A DNA stretch of 64,000 nucleotides, from NCBI GenBank assembly GCA_964234715.1, contig OZ174280.1. One strand, given 5' to 3'. Origin of the DNA: Podarcis melisellensis (taxonomy: Eukaryota). Under the pieces are notes generated by a model. The model did not search any database, was not told the DNA's origin, and saw nothing but the letters and a program-made list of their open reading frames with translations. Of the stretch, positions 25,823-38,000 are shown piece by piece (the first letter of the stretch is position 1; each line of letters opens with the position of its first letter). The position numbers and the translations under genes were made by a program.

Positions 25823-27386
25823 GCGTGAAACCAACCACCTATCTCCTTGATCCTTGCCCATCCTGGCTAATAAAAGCAAGCCGGAAAGGGCTGGGCGATG
25901 GGCTCTGCGGGGTAGGGAATGCTTCCCTCTGTGAGGGAATATTCCCAGATCCGCTGAAAGAGGCGGTCATTAAACCGCTTCTTAAAAAACCATCTTTAGA
26001 CCCGGCCAGTATGGCCAACTATCGCCCAGTCTCAAATCTTCCATTCTTGGGCAAGGTGATTGAGCGCGTGGTTGCTGAACAACTCCAGGCACGCCTGGAG
26101 GATGCGGACCATTTGGATCCCTTCCAATCGGGATTCAGGCCTCATCATGGGACTGAAACTGCCTTGGTCGCACTGGTTGATGATCTTCGGCGAGCTAGGG
26201 ACAAAGGTGAGAGTTGTTTCCTAGTTCTGCTGGATCTCTCAGCGGCCTTTGATACAATCGACCATAACATCCTTCTGGACCGTCTAGAGGGGCTGGGAGC
26301 TGGGGGCACTGTTATACAGTGGTTTCGCTCCTTCCTCCTGGGCCGTGTTCAGAAAGTGGTGGTGGGGGATGAGTGTTCAGACCCCTGGGTCCTCACTTGT
26401 GGGGTACCTCAGGGTTCTGTCCTCTCCCCAAGCTTTTTAACATCTATATGAAGCCGCTGGGAGAGATCATCGGGGGGGTTGGACTGGGTGTCCATCAATA
26501 TGCAGATGATACCCAGCTCTACCTCTCTTTCAAATCAGAACCAGTGAAGGCGGTGAAGGTCCTGTGTGAGTGCCTGGAGGCAGTTGGAGGATGGATGGTG
26601 GCTAATGGATTGAAGTTGAATCCTGACAAGACAGAAGTACTGTTTTTGGGGGAGAGGAGGCGGGCTGGTGTGGAGGACTCCCTGGTCCTGAATAGGGTAA
26701 CTGTGCCCCTGAAGGACCAGGTGCGCAGCCTGGGAGTCATTTTGGACTCACAGCTGTCCATGGAGGCGCAGGTCAATTCTGTATCCAGGGCAGCTGTCTA
26801 CCAACTCCACCTGGTACGCAGGCTGAGACCCTACCTGCCTGCGGACTGTCTCGCCAGAGTGGTGCATGCTCTATCTCCCGCTTGGACTACTGCAATGCAC
26901 TCTACATGGGGCTACCTTTGAAGGTGACTCGGAAACTACAAATAATCCAGAATGCGGCAGCTAGACTGGTGACTGGGGGCGGCCGCCGAGACCATATAAC
27001 ACCAGTCTTGAAAGACCTACATTGGCTCCCAGTACGTTTCTGAGCACAATTCAAAGTGCTGGTGTTGACCTTTAAAGCCCTAAACGGCCTCGGCCCAGTA
27101 TACCTGAAGGAGCGTCTCCACCCCCATCGTTCTGCCCGGATGCTGAGGTCCGGCGCTGAGGGCCTTCTGGCGGTTCCCTCATTGTGAGAAGCAAAGCTAC
27201 AAGGAACCAGGCAGAGGGCCTTCTCGGTAATGGCGCCCGCCCTGTGGAACGCTCTCCCATCAGATGTCAAAGTGATAAACAACTACCTGACATTCAGAAG
27301 ACATCTTAAGGCAGCCCTGTTCAGGGAAGTTTTTAATCTGTGATATTTTAGTGTATTTTTGGTTTCTATGGAAGCCGCCCAGAGTG
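25823..27386 (+). mobile_element. L2-clade LINE, 5'-truncated, disrupted reverse transcriptase ORF2
   Basis: RT motifs NYRPVSNLPFLGKVIE, QSGFRPHHGTETAL, LDLSAAFDTIDH, GVPQGSVLSP, YADDTQLY. Frameshift near 26430 and later TGA stops. Confidence 0.93.
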
Positions 27387-27562
27387 CATCAGCACTAGTG
27401 GCTTTTTCTAAACAAACAAGTTGTCTTATCTGTTTTATTGTAACTTTTTTTTAAAAGTGGTGCTTACTGTTGCAATAATCTTATGTAAACTGCTTTGTGA
27501 GGTCTGCCTGAAAAGTAGCACATAAATACTGAAAATAATCAAATAAAAAATAAATTTCCCCA

Positions 27563-27830
27563 TGAAGAAAAGTTGCGGCGTTCGAGGCTTTTTAGTTTAG
27601 AGAAAAGGCGACATGATAGAAGTTTATCAAATGATGCTCAACGTTAGATAAAGTGAATAGAGAAAAGTTTTTCTCCCTTTCTCATAAAACTAGAATTTGT
27701 GATCCTCCAACAAAGAAGGTCCTCGCCAGACAGCGCACAGAGAAACAATGGAACAGGAGGCAGGGATGGCCACCAACCAATCTGGATGGCTTCAAAAGAG
27801 CTTTAGACAAATTCATGGAGGGCAAGGCTA
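27563..27830 (+). mobile_element. CR1 LINE 3' fragment (degraded)
   Basis: TTTAGTTTAGAGAAAAGGCG (FSLEKRR-like) and GATGGCTTCAAAAGAGCTTTAGACAAATTCATGGAG (DGFKRALDKFME) are typical of the CR1 ORF2 C-terminus. Confidence 0.75.
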
Positions 27831-27959
27831 ACATCTACTAGGTGAAAGAACAAGAGAACAGGATGCTGAACTAGACGGCCCATTGCTTGGCCTGATCCAG
27901 CAGGCTCCTCTTATGTTCCGACATGCAGAGCTGGAACGCACTGGAGCCAAGCAGGCAGC

Positions 27960-28600
27960 CCAGAGGGTCTGTGGTTGCGCGGACTTGAGAAGCCAGGCCC
28001 ACCCCCTGGGGCGGGACCTCCCTACCGGTGTGCAGATAGAAGACACCCTCGCAAACTTGGGAGCCGGCTCTCTCCTTAAGCCTCGCCTCTGCCGCGGCTC
28101 CGAGCTGCCAATCACCAGCAACGCTCGACCCGCGCGCTCCGCGCGTCGAGATCTCTCCTGCCTCTCTCGGGCTCTCCAGTTTGCTGCTGCTGCTCCGCTG
28201 CTCGCGCGCCGAGCACATTCTCTTGCCAGCGTCTGCAAGAGGCAATTGCGCGCGGGGCGCACGCCTGTTTGCAGCCCGTGTTTGCAGGCTTTCCGCGCGC
28301 TGCAAGCCTGAGATTCCGCGGCGTGCATGTGCCATTTCAACTTTTTATCTCTTTCCTAAGGGGAGATCGGGCTTCTGGTTTTCCTTGGTGAAGTGAATAA
28401 GAGAAGGCAAACTTCCAACCTTCTACTTTTGGAGAGAGCGATATTCTTATCCAGAGTGACCAATGGGCATTTAAAGGGGCCGCTGGATTAGTTGGCGCTG
28501 GCGAGGAAAACACCTCTCAAGATTGCCTGGCCGGACTTGGATGGTGGAAGAGCCGGAATCCCTGCAGCAGCTGAATTACTCCAGAGCTACCCGATGGACT
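27960..28600 (+). promoter_or_regulatory. CpG island / INKA2 promoter
   Basis: CpG-dense block upstream of exon 1. GC box GGGGCGGG ~28007, CCAAT at ~28108 and ~28460, TATA-like TTTAAA ~28470. Confidence 0.8.
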
Positions 28601-28662
28601 TGGATGTTAGGATGGAAAAGAAAAACATGGATCATTACCTACGCCGTCTGAAGCAGGAGTTG
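28594..28662 (+). CDS. INKA2: INKA2 (FAM212B, PAK4 inhibitor) coding exon 1
   Basis: Encodes MDLDVRMEKKNMDHYLRRLKQEL, matching the INKA2 N-terminus (MDxYLRRLKQEL). GTAAG donor at 28663, phase 0. The start could be ATG 28594, 28612 or 28627. Confidence 0.88.
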
Positions 28663-29939
28663 GTAAGAAATGCCCGGGAAAAGAAGGGACTGGGGGACTG
28701 GGTAGGAGGAAACAGAGTCTGCATTTGGGATCTGTCTCCTGCTCCGTTTGCAACTTCCCTGCTAGGGGGTGTCAGTCAATGAATGTTGCCTCTCTCCCGC
28801 TCTCCTTCCTGCACAGCGCTTATTTCCCGGGCTTTGTTTAGAGATCTCGCCGTGTCCTTCCTTTGCAGCTGTGTGGCCTCCAGTTTCCCCACGGGGGATT
28901 TTTTGTTTCCTTCCAAGCCCCTGGGATGAGATGGGATAAAGAGGAAGACTCCACAGTCCTCTCCCACCCCCCACGACTCCATCACGGAAAGTGGTTTCCA
29001 AATCTGTTTGCACAGTTTAGCTTTTGCCGCTGACACGGTGGCTAAATCCCATTGACAGTAATAGGTGTTTAACCCTTCTCTCAATGTGTGTTGGTGTCTT
29101 ACGCTCAGCACGAAAGAAGGAACCTCTTCTCTTTTCTGGCTGGGAGCGCTGGCACCGACAGCCACCCCTCTCACCCCGCACTCCTTCGCTCTTCCTGCAA
29201 AGGCATCGCCTTCTGTTTGTTTAACTGTGACAGGGAGCGGTGAACTTTGTAATCAGTTCAGACACCGAGCCCTTTATCATGAGCCCTGAAAGGGATTATA
29301 AACTGGCATCGCATCACAACCTGTTACTGTCTTCCTTCCCCACGTTCCTGCACTGTTAGTGTGAGCATCTAACTGGATAGAAAGCTGCACACACCCACAT
29401 CAAAACTGTGTTCTCCCAAGACCTAACTGTGTGCTTCCATGCATTTTCTCCTTCCTAACCTGGACCTGTCAGGCAGGTTTACCCTTGGGCTCCTTCCCAA
29501 CGTAACTCATCAATTTTTCTCCTCTGGTAGCTCAGCTCTGAAACATTTCTTTTTCCAGAGCACAGATGTGGCCGTATCATCTCTCCAGGCATTCTGGTTG
29601 CCTGCCACTTCTTTTAATTATAGGGGTGCCTACCAATCTTCAGAGGCAGACGCATACCACAAGGCAATCATTTCCCATTGGCTTTCTCTCCTAAGCTTCT
29701 GTTTTTTCTTTGGTATTGTACAGTTTTGCTAATAGCCCTGCTGGAGCATTTTAATTTTCATGCAAAGTAGCGACATCCAGTTCTGGAAGATGCTGAACGC
29801 CACTTGTTCAGTGTCCTAAAAGGAAATGCTGAGCCTCGCATCAAATTTCCATCTATAGAATGTGAGCCTGGAATTCTGGAAATATCTGAGGTCCATTACC
29901 CATTACACCAGCTACACCAGATTGCTGTTGCCATTATTG

Positions 29940-30012
29940 TTATTCCCATTTTACAGACGGAAAACTGAGGACCCACAGCAAAGTTCATACAATTCGAACC
30001 TGAGTCTCCCCA
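29940..30012 (-). mobile_element. MIR/CORE-SINE core fragment
   Basis: CCCATTTTACAGACGGAAAACTGAGG matches the CORE-SINE signature. Confidence 0.6.
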
Positions 30013-30827
30013 ACTGTGCAGCTAGACCATGTTTCCATTTTATAGCCGAATCCCTCCACTACTGACTCTGAAAGATTTGCATTGACCCGTATTGAATGAC
30101 TCTAGCTGTGCATTCAGATAAAAGAAAACTGGAATCCTGGTAAAATTCAATGTAAAGGTGATGATGCTCAAGTGATGAGATGCAAAGAGCTTTGTCATGT
30201 CTCCCTCCTTTCTACCTTGGCAGTGGAGATCCACCACTATACCTTACAGCACATTCTGACTCCCACCCAATCAATTCCAGTTCCTTCCCTGTCTTGTCAC
30301 TGCCTGTTCCATCCACAGACACTTAATCTAATTTATGGTGCTGGAGGCAGGCCAGTCAGCTAGAATTTTTTTCTACCCAGACTTTTCCCCTTAAGGACGT
30401 AGCCAAGCTGCTTTGCAAAATCCTGCACATTTTCTTTAGAAATGCAAGAAGAATGTTATTTCTGCAACTCTTCTAATCTGCGTATTGTTTTACAACCCAC
30501 TTTTCTTAGCTACTTTCGCAGCTACCCTGTAAGGTAGCGTGTGCATCCCCGCCAGCATATTACCATCTACAGACTAAACAAATGTTGTCACCTAGTGATA
30601 AAGTGGGGCGGAGTTGTGGCTTAAGTTCCTATCTCCCAGATCCACATATAATACCTTAATTACTAGACTGCACTGCTTCCAAAAAGGAGAAGAGATCAGA
30701 GTTGTTACCTCTCTCTTAGATGTAAACGGCCCTTTGGGCAGAGATTGACGAGTGTGATACTGAGCACCTCGCACTGACATTCTGCCCTTCCTCCACCCCA
30801 CGGCTCAGGCACAAGTGTTTCTTGCTG

Positions 30828-30847
30828 TGACATGTTTGGGCTTGCCC
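30828..30847 (+). promoter_or_regulatory. Candidate p53-family response element in INKA2 intron 1
   Basis: TGACATGTTT GGGCTTGCCC: two RRRCWWGYYY half-sites, no spacer, 19/20 match. Confidence 0.7.
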
Positions 30848-31389
30848 ACCAGCAGATGCTTCTATCTGATGCCCTAGTTTTTTGTTCTAATGGATTAGTA
30901 ATGAAGCATCGGGATGTCTTTAAATAAAGCGCTGGAATTGTTCAGCAGGGCTATGAAAAGAAGAAGAAGAAAGTTCATGTCACATGTGAATAAATAATAG
31001 CAACTGCAGTTCTGGGAGAGAGAGAGAGGGAAAGGTCATGGAAGAGTCAAAATGGTATGAAGAGCTTGGGGATACAAAAGCTTTCTTTACATCCAAAAGA
31101 TGACTACCACCAACACTAGTGAATAAAATCCAAGTGGGGCCAGCCCAAACTGGAATTCATAATGCGCTCCAGTGTCTTAAAACCATGATCTGCCAGGGAT
31201 TTAATTCTAACTGGAACCATAAAAGCAGACCTTTTTAAGTGCCAGAATGTTGCTCAAGTGTCATGCGCATGGGATTGATGCTTTAGTGGAGGTGTGCAAA
31301 AGTGCCAGAGTCCCATTTACAGCCCAGTCCTAGGCATATTTACCCAAATGGAAGCCCCAAGTAGGAATATATAGGATTACAATCCTGTA

Positions 31390-31640
31390 CAGTCGTACCT
31401 TGGAAGTTGAACAGAATCCATTCCAGAAGTCTGTTCGACTTCCAAAATGTTCAAAAACCAAAGTGCGGCTTCCGATTGGCTGCAGAAAGCTCCTGCAGCC
31501 AATCGGAAGCAGCAGAAGCCCCATCAGTCATTCAGCTTCCAAAAATAGTTCACAAACCAGAACAGTCAACATCCGGGTTTGCGAGATTTGGGAGCCAAAA
31601 TGTTTGGGAACTAAGCTGTTCGACTTCCAAGGTACAACTG
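31390..31640. mobile_element. Tc1/mariner-type MITE
   Basis: TIRs CAGTCGTACCTTGGAAGT...ACTTCCAAGGTACAACTG; flanks TA/CA. Confidence 0.87.
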
Positions 31641-32729
31641 CACTCAGACAAGCACTGAAGATGCACTGCCAGCAGAAGGCTGCTGCATCCAGTGTGTGCT
31701 CAACTTGCTCAGGGAGGAGAAAACTGCAGGCAGAAAATACAAATATGGTGTAAAATGACAGACATGCCCACAGTGTTCCTGCGAATGCAGCCCACCAATC
31801 AGGGAATGTGCCAAGGATGGTGTCTGTGAGGCAGCCAATGAACTCATGGGCATGCCCCAGAAATCATCACATGCACAACTTGCCCCCCTGTTCTATCTAC
31901 CTCAGCCAGCAATAGTCCTGCTGCCAGTCCCTCGGGCGTCCCGCCATGCGTGGGTTTGAATCACCTTGCACACAATCCACCTAAAGGGGAGAAGGGCCCA
32001 CAACACAGCACTCACACATCTCCTTGGGACAGGATACATACAAGCAGGTTGCAGAGTCCTCTTCTTGGATGCAGTCCAGAGCCACCCATGGGACAAGCAG
32101 TCCAGAAGATGGGCAGGAATATGCAACGAAAGTGCCCGCAGGATAGGAGCCTCTGTGGTCTCCCTGCAAAGGGCAAGGTGTTAGGAAGCAGGAGATTGGA
32201 GACCAAGCCTCACCAAGGGGAAGGGGAGAAATACAGCCTGACTCTCCTCTCGCATGCCTGGCAAGAAATATGTCAGGGTCAAGAGAGAAAGGGCTCCCAG
32301 GACTTGAAGCTCTATAGAGCAGTTTCCCGACCACTTAGCCACAACATTGGACAGGAATCTGCCCCACTGCCTTAAGACCCGTTTATATGGGTTGCAGCAG
32401 GAAACTTAGCCAGATAGAACAATTCATTCTATATATGCAGGGGGACCCAGGTTTGAATCCACAGTACAATCCCACATTAGAATAGGTGGCAAATGGCACC
32501 CTACATGTAGGCACACCCTAGTCAATCAGAAGGAGGGCAGCATGGACCAATAGTATGGCCCCTGCATGGACCAAACAGTCCTTTAGGTCTGGCTCCTCAT
32601 CCTGAGAACCCGTGGTGTTCTGCTGGCTTGTTTTTGTGCTATATCTTGCTTTCCATCAGCATACTGGGCTTCTGCTGAATCCTACAGGCCCTCAGGCACC
32701 ATTGCCCCAGACCTCCTGGGTCTTGAAAC

Positions 32730-32876
32730 CAGTGGCGTAGCGTGGGGGGTGCAGGGGGGGCCGGCCGCACCGGGCGCAACATCTGGGGGTTAGGGTTAGG
32801 GGGCGCAAATCCACGGGTTAGGGGGCACAAATTACTTGCCTTGCCCCGGGTGCTGACAACCCACGCCAAGCCACTG
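32730..32876. mobile_element. hAT MITE containing TTAGGG units
   Basis: TIRs CAGTGGCGTAGCGTGGG...CCCACGCCAAGCCACTG; perfect 8-bp TSD CTTGAAAC (32722-32729, 32877-32884). Confidence 0.9.
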
Positions 32877-33494
32877 CTTGAAACTCTTCACTTTAGGATT
32901 GTGCCTTTGTAAGCAGACCCTGAAATATAGATTCCCTCCTCCACCACCAAAAGTATTAATTCCAAGCAGTTTCAGAACTGCTTATATTTTATTCACTTAG
33001 ATTTTCAAAGTTCTATCTGTTATTTGGCACATGGTGCATAACAACCATCCAAAGTATAAATAATGCAAAACAAACACACGCAAACAGTCAAAGCACTTTA
33101 ATCATCTAAATTTAATGCTTGCGGACCATAAAAGATGTGCATCATTATGCCTAATCACTAAGCGCCTGCTTCAGTGAAATGAACTTTACACTTTATTTAA
33201 AATAAAGTAAAAAAGATCTTACAACTTGTTGAAGGGGCTTCTGAAATTTGAATTTCAAGGAGGGGTGCTCTTTTTCCCAGATCTGTGCCCTTGGAGCAAT
33301 TGTATGAGAATCATATAGATACACTTGAACTTGAGTACTCTTGCAAGTATCTTGCAGGCACAGCTGTAGTTGGAGGGAGTTGTCCCAAACATCAGGATCG
33401 GGAAGGATGACATAGATGTTACTATTGTAAAGAACAATTGGCATGGGAATTAATTGGTACATCAATGAGTTTCAGGTTGCTGCTCACTCTAGAG

Positions 33495-33964
33495 TAGGAA
33501 TGGGGGAGAAATTTGATTGAGTTTGCATTTAAAGGTGAACTTACCTAATTTGCACTTTCTGACACATTATGAGAACTGAAAAACAGCCTTCCTTCAGAAT
33601 TCACACGTCTCTGAATTTTGCAATGCAGTTCTCCAGCCAAGGGATGTGTACAAAAAACACATACACTAGTTTAAAGCATCCATAAGAATACATATATAAG
33701 TGAAAATGATATACAAGAACGCATTATTTTATGGAAAATTGCTTTGCAAAAATGTTTATATTAGGCAAAATTGCATACAAATACGTGTCTCGTGGGAGAA
33801 ATTCACACTAAAGTGCTGGTGGATTTTCATGAGGTTGTTATTTATTAGTCATTGATTTAATTTTATTTTTTGCAAACTGTTGGGGAAATGTGAAGAACTC
33901 AGTTTGGGAATGGAAAACTGAGGGGATGAGAAAAAACTAAAGTGACAGATTCACCCCATCTGTA
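33495..33964. mobile_element. Probable hAT-type non-autonomous DNA transposon
   Basis: Degenerate TIRs TAGGAATGGGG...CCCCATCTGTA, AT-rich interior, partial CTCTA flank duplication. Confidence 0.6.
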
Positions 33965-33990
33965 CTCTATCTGTACTCTATCTGTACTCT
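33958..33990 (+). repeat. 11-bp tandem triplication ATCTGTACTCT
   Basis: Three exact adjacent copies. Confidence 0.9.
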
Positions 33991-34469
33991 AAATCAGTTG
34001 ATTTTAGTAAATCTACCTTGGATAACCTGTGAATAGCTCCTCTGTTGAGTACAGTGTACTCCTTCATATGAGCAAGCCATGCAAGTAGACAACAGGCACT
34101 GCTGACTTCAAGGGAGTCGGATGAACAAAGGCTCTGTATTCCACATCATGGGAGAAGAGAAAGGTGGGAGGGGCTCAGCTGTACCCAATGAGACTCCCAG
34201 TTGCTTTGCATTGGCCAGGCTGAGATTACATCTCTAGAAAGAAGATGCATTTCTATATAACGCGTCTTTTGATTTGCTAGACGACATTATGCTGTTGTCC
34301 CCACTTCCAAAATTTCTCCTGTGGTCATGACGTCAGATCACCTTTCTAAACAGAAAGCTGATATTCTCAGAGTTTTATTCATGATCTGTTAGTTTATATG
34401 ATTTGAAGAGAAACCTGAGTGTTTTTCCCAGAATGGCCTCCTAGAAGAACACAGCGCAATACATCTCAG

Positions 34470-34795
34470 AACAAAGGAAGCTGCCATTTACGGAGTCAGA
34501 CCATTGGTCCATCTAGTTCTGTGTTGTCAACACTGAGTTTCAGCAGCTCTGCTGGGGTTCAGGCAAGGGGCAGTCCCAGTCCTCCAGGGATTGAACTCCA
34601 GAACTTTGGCATGTGAAGCCTGTGCTCTAGCCCACAGCCGCAACACTTCCCTTAAACACATTTATATGGAACATGGGAGGATGCCCGATATCAGGTTGGA
34701 TCATTGGTCCATCTGGCCTAGTACTGTCAACACTGACTGTCAGCTGCTCTTCATGGTTTCAGGCAGGTCTTGCCCATCTCTACCTGGAATTGCTG
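34470..34795 (-). mobile_element. Two adjacent degenerate tRNA-SINE fragments
   Basis: Repeated CATTGGTCCATCT...CTGTCAACACTGA segment and a GGGATTGAAC-type B-box complement. Confidence 0.55.
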
Positions 34796-34815
34796 GGGAT
34801 AGTAATAGTTATATA

Positions 34816-35066
34816 CAGTTGTACCTTGGTTGTCGAACGCCCTGGAACTTGGACGTATTGGCTCCTGAATGCCGCAAACCCGGAAGTGATTGTTCCAGTT
34901 TGTGAAAGTTCTTTTGGAACCTGAATGTCCAACGGGGCTTCTGTGGCTTCTGATTGGCTGCAGGAGTTTCCTGCAGCCAATCAGAAGCCACGATTTGGTT
35001 TCCGAAAGTTTTGGAAGTCAAACAGACTACTGGAATGGATTCCATTCTACTTCCAAGGTACGACTG
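34816..35066. mobile_element. Tc1/mariner-type MITE
   Basis: TIRs CAGTTGTACCTTGG...CCAAGGTACGACTG, TA TSD; opposite orientation to 31390. Confidence 0.87.
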
Positions 35067-38000
35067 TACTGCCCTTCGTCCAAAGATCTCAGGGTAGTTC
35101 ACAAGATAAAAATACAAGATAAAAGCACAAATAAATAGTTAGAACGAAACAATAACCCACTGCCGCACGCAGTATATTAATAAACATATAAAGCATGTTT
35201 TCAAAGTATAGTTAGATTATTCAACAACTCAAGGAAAGTAAATAGCATCTTTCTTTTTTTGAAAAGGAAACAGACCATGGTCTCCACAATTAATTCTGGC
35301 GGTTTCCCATGGATTTTATCAGGATTTAAATAAGATTCTGAAGCGGCTTGTGGATACTTGCTCAGGTTCTGTCTGTGCTTATGTTCAATTTCCCTGTGAT
35401 TGACGGGAGAAAAATGTTTGCCCGTTTGAAAAGATAAAATCTTCTGCAATATAACTGTCTGGCAGCACCACACCCAACCCTGAGGCCTTGGCCCCAAAGT
35501 GCAAGAGCATGAGCCGTGGGAGCCTGGCATTGTTCAGAGGGCGCAGGTTGGAGTCATATCCTCATGCGTCCGTTAAGCACAGGTGCACAGAAGTACTCAA
35601 GTGTGGCAGATGTAGCCTGGAGAATGCGATTACCAATATTATAAGGCTAGACAGGTAGGGCTAGACAAGAAGCACGGAGATGCAGTGATAAAAAAAGCGT
35701 CCCTAACTGACTTTTTACCTGTTACGCAATGCTAAAATTGTACCCTGTACTGCCAGGAAAGAAAAGGAAAAAAATTGGCAGCCTTGCATAGAATGCAAGC
35801 CAGAATCATTACATTCCGTGGGAGTTTTGCCATAGCTTTAATGGAAACTGAATGACACTCTTACCACAGAATCAAAAGCACATTGACTTGGAAGTAATTT
35901 TTTCGAGAACTGGATTGATTTTCAAAAGTGCAAGATCAATCCCTGAGCATCAGGGTTAATCAGCATATGATTTTGCAGGCTCCAGCTCCAAAACAGTTTT
36001 TTTCCCCTTCTATATAAAGGCACCTCCCCACTTACATGGGGGTTACGTTCCGGGCTACAGAAGTGAAATCACGTACAGTGGGGAGCACCCTCCAAAAGCC
36101 ACTAAATGCCTATTTCTCCAGCTCTCCCGCTTTCTTCCCAATCCAGACCAAAATATCTGCAGTTGAAGCTCTGGGGCCAGATGGAGGATGCATGGGAAAG
36201 TGGCAGCAGCTGAGCTACCCCACATGTTAGCTGCTAGGCGGGGAGGCTGAGCAGCCTAAACAAAGCCCCGCTGTGCCTCTGGCATCTTCAGGGCTTCCTC
36301 TGCCCTTGCTGTCGTCTTCTTTGGGCTCTGGGGAGGGTCTTCTCATGAGTCACAAGGACTCTTCATCTCCTGCAGAGGTTGGATGGCCATCTGTCATGGA
36401 TGCTTTTGCTGAGATCCCTAAATTGCAGGGTTTTGGACTAGTTGACACTTGTGATCTCTTCCAACTCTACAATTCAATTATTCTATTTCTTGGTATGAAT
36501 CTGTTTATTTATTTATTCCCCAGTGCTTCATGAATAGGCAGTCACACATAAGGAGAATGCATGTAAGCTGGGAGGGTGCTATTTGAATATACTTACAACA
36601 TACAGTAAACTTGACAAATTCTTGCTCTCCAGTGATGTCAGAGCTCAGGAAGTCTGACCCAGCCATGTGCTATAATTTGAGCATCCTAATGAAGGCTTGC
36701 GGGTGTATTCTCCAGCCTTAGCACATGTGTAAATGGTTTTAGATTTGATCTTTGATTTAGGTGCTGCATTGATTTGGGCTCACATCTTTATGATCTCATA
36801 TACCATCTAGCTGAGCAATAAAGTAAATTTGCCGGGACAAGAGAACTACGCTAACAGAAGCCATCCTACATTCTCCTGATGTGAAATATTTCAAATCAAT
36901 ACTCTCTTGAATTAAAATAGATGAAATTTCATTTTTCTAAAAGGCAAGCAATATAACAGATAGCTAGAACCATCTGGACGCATTGGGGCTAGGAGCTGAA
37001 TCTGTTGACCCTGACTTTTTCCACCACTTAGTTCATTACCAGCCAGGTCATGACTTGAGTTATTAATGCAGCAGAACCAAAAGTAGCCTTTTTTATATCC
37101 CCAGAAAGGGACAATAAACATGGTATTCTTCACAGTTTAAGTAGGAGTTCATTTTTACGCTCCCAGTTTGCATTGAATAAAATGCTGATCTGCGGTATGC
37201 AGACACAACAAGCACTTGTTTTCTGTGTCAAGAGGAGCAGAATAAATGTCAGATTGCAGCGAGGTCTTGTAAGGCTGGCCCACTTAAGGAAGCAAATCTT
37301 GTTAATGGTTGGTAATGTAAGGGAGGGGAAAGATAATGACAGCCAGCAGGATAGGAACTTAGCTTGGCTTTGTTTGATGACTGTTTCAACCTATTGCTTT
37401 GTAGATGCTGGTAATCATGACAACGTACATTGTTAGGGCTTAATGTGAGAAATTTATTCTGCCAAAAAGCTCACTTTAGTGCCAGCCTCAGCTTAAGGTT
37501 TCTTCCTTCCTTTTTCTTGCTGGGTTCATCATAGTATGGAGAACTGTTTTGGGCTAGGATCTGGGAGATCGGAGTTCAAATCACCACTAAGCGCAGGGAT
37601 GATTTTGGGACCATCATTGTCTCACAACCTTGACATGGTTGCTGTGAGGATAAGTTTCAGAGGAGGAGATTCATGAACTTGAGCTCTTTAGAAGAAAGAT
37701 GGGATATAGATGAAATAATACGGGGTGGATTTGAGTAATCTGTTGTAATCTGGTGGCCTGTGTGAGGCCAAAATTTGGCGCCCCAAAATGGATCTTCTCA
37801 GTTCTGGATCTTCTCAATTTTACACCCCCTTGACTCAGTGCCTTTGCAGGGGAACTGCCCACACTGCCCTAAATCTGGTGCTGAATAATATATGAACAAA
37901 TTTAAACATAAAAAAGAAGAAACAAAAAAAGAAATAGGATTTCTGCATCCGAACTAGAACTAGCACATGGTTCTTTTTTTTTTCAAAGTACGCTTTTTGA

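Noticed and set aside
25606-26921. Reverse transcriptase ORFs as a retron, DGR or domesticated gene
   Set aside because: Motifs and 3' end are those of an ordinary L2 LINE: truncated, frameshifted, with premature stops.
27828-28396. Overlapping 140-170 aa ORFs at the INKA2 promoter
   Set aside because: GC-rich promoter sequence, partly SINE-derived; Arg/Ala-rich with no protein signature. An antisense lncRNA cannot be excluded but is unsupported by sequence alone.
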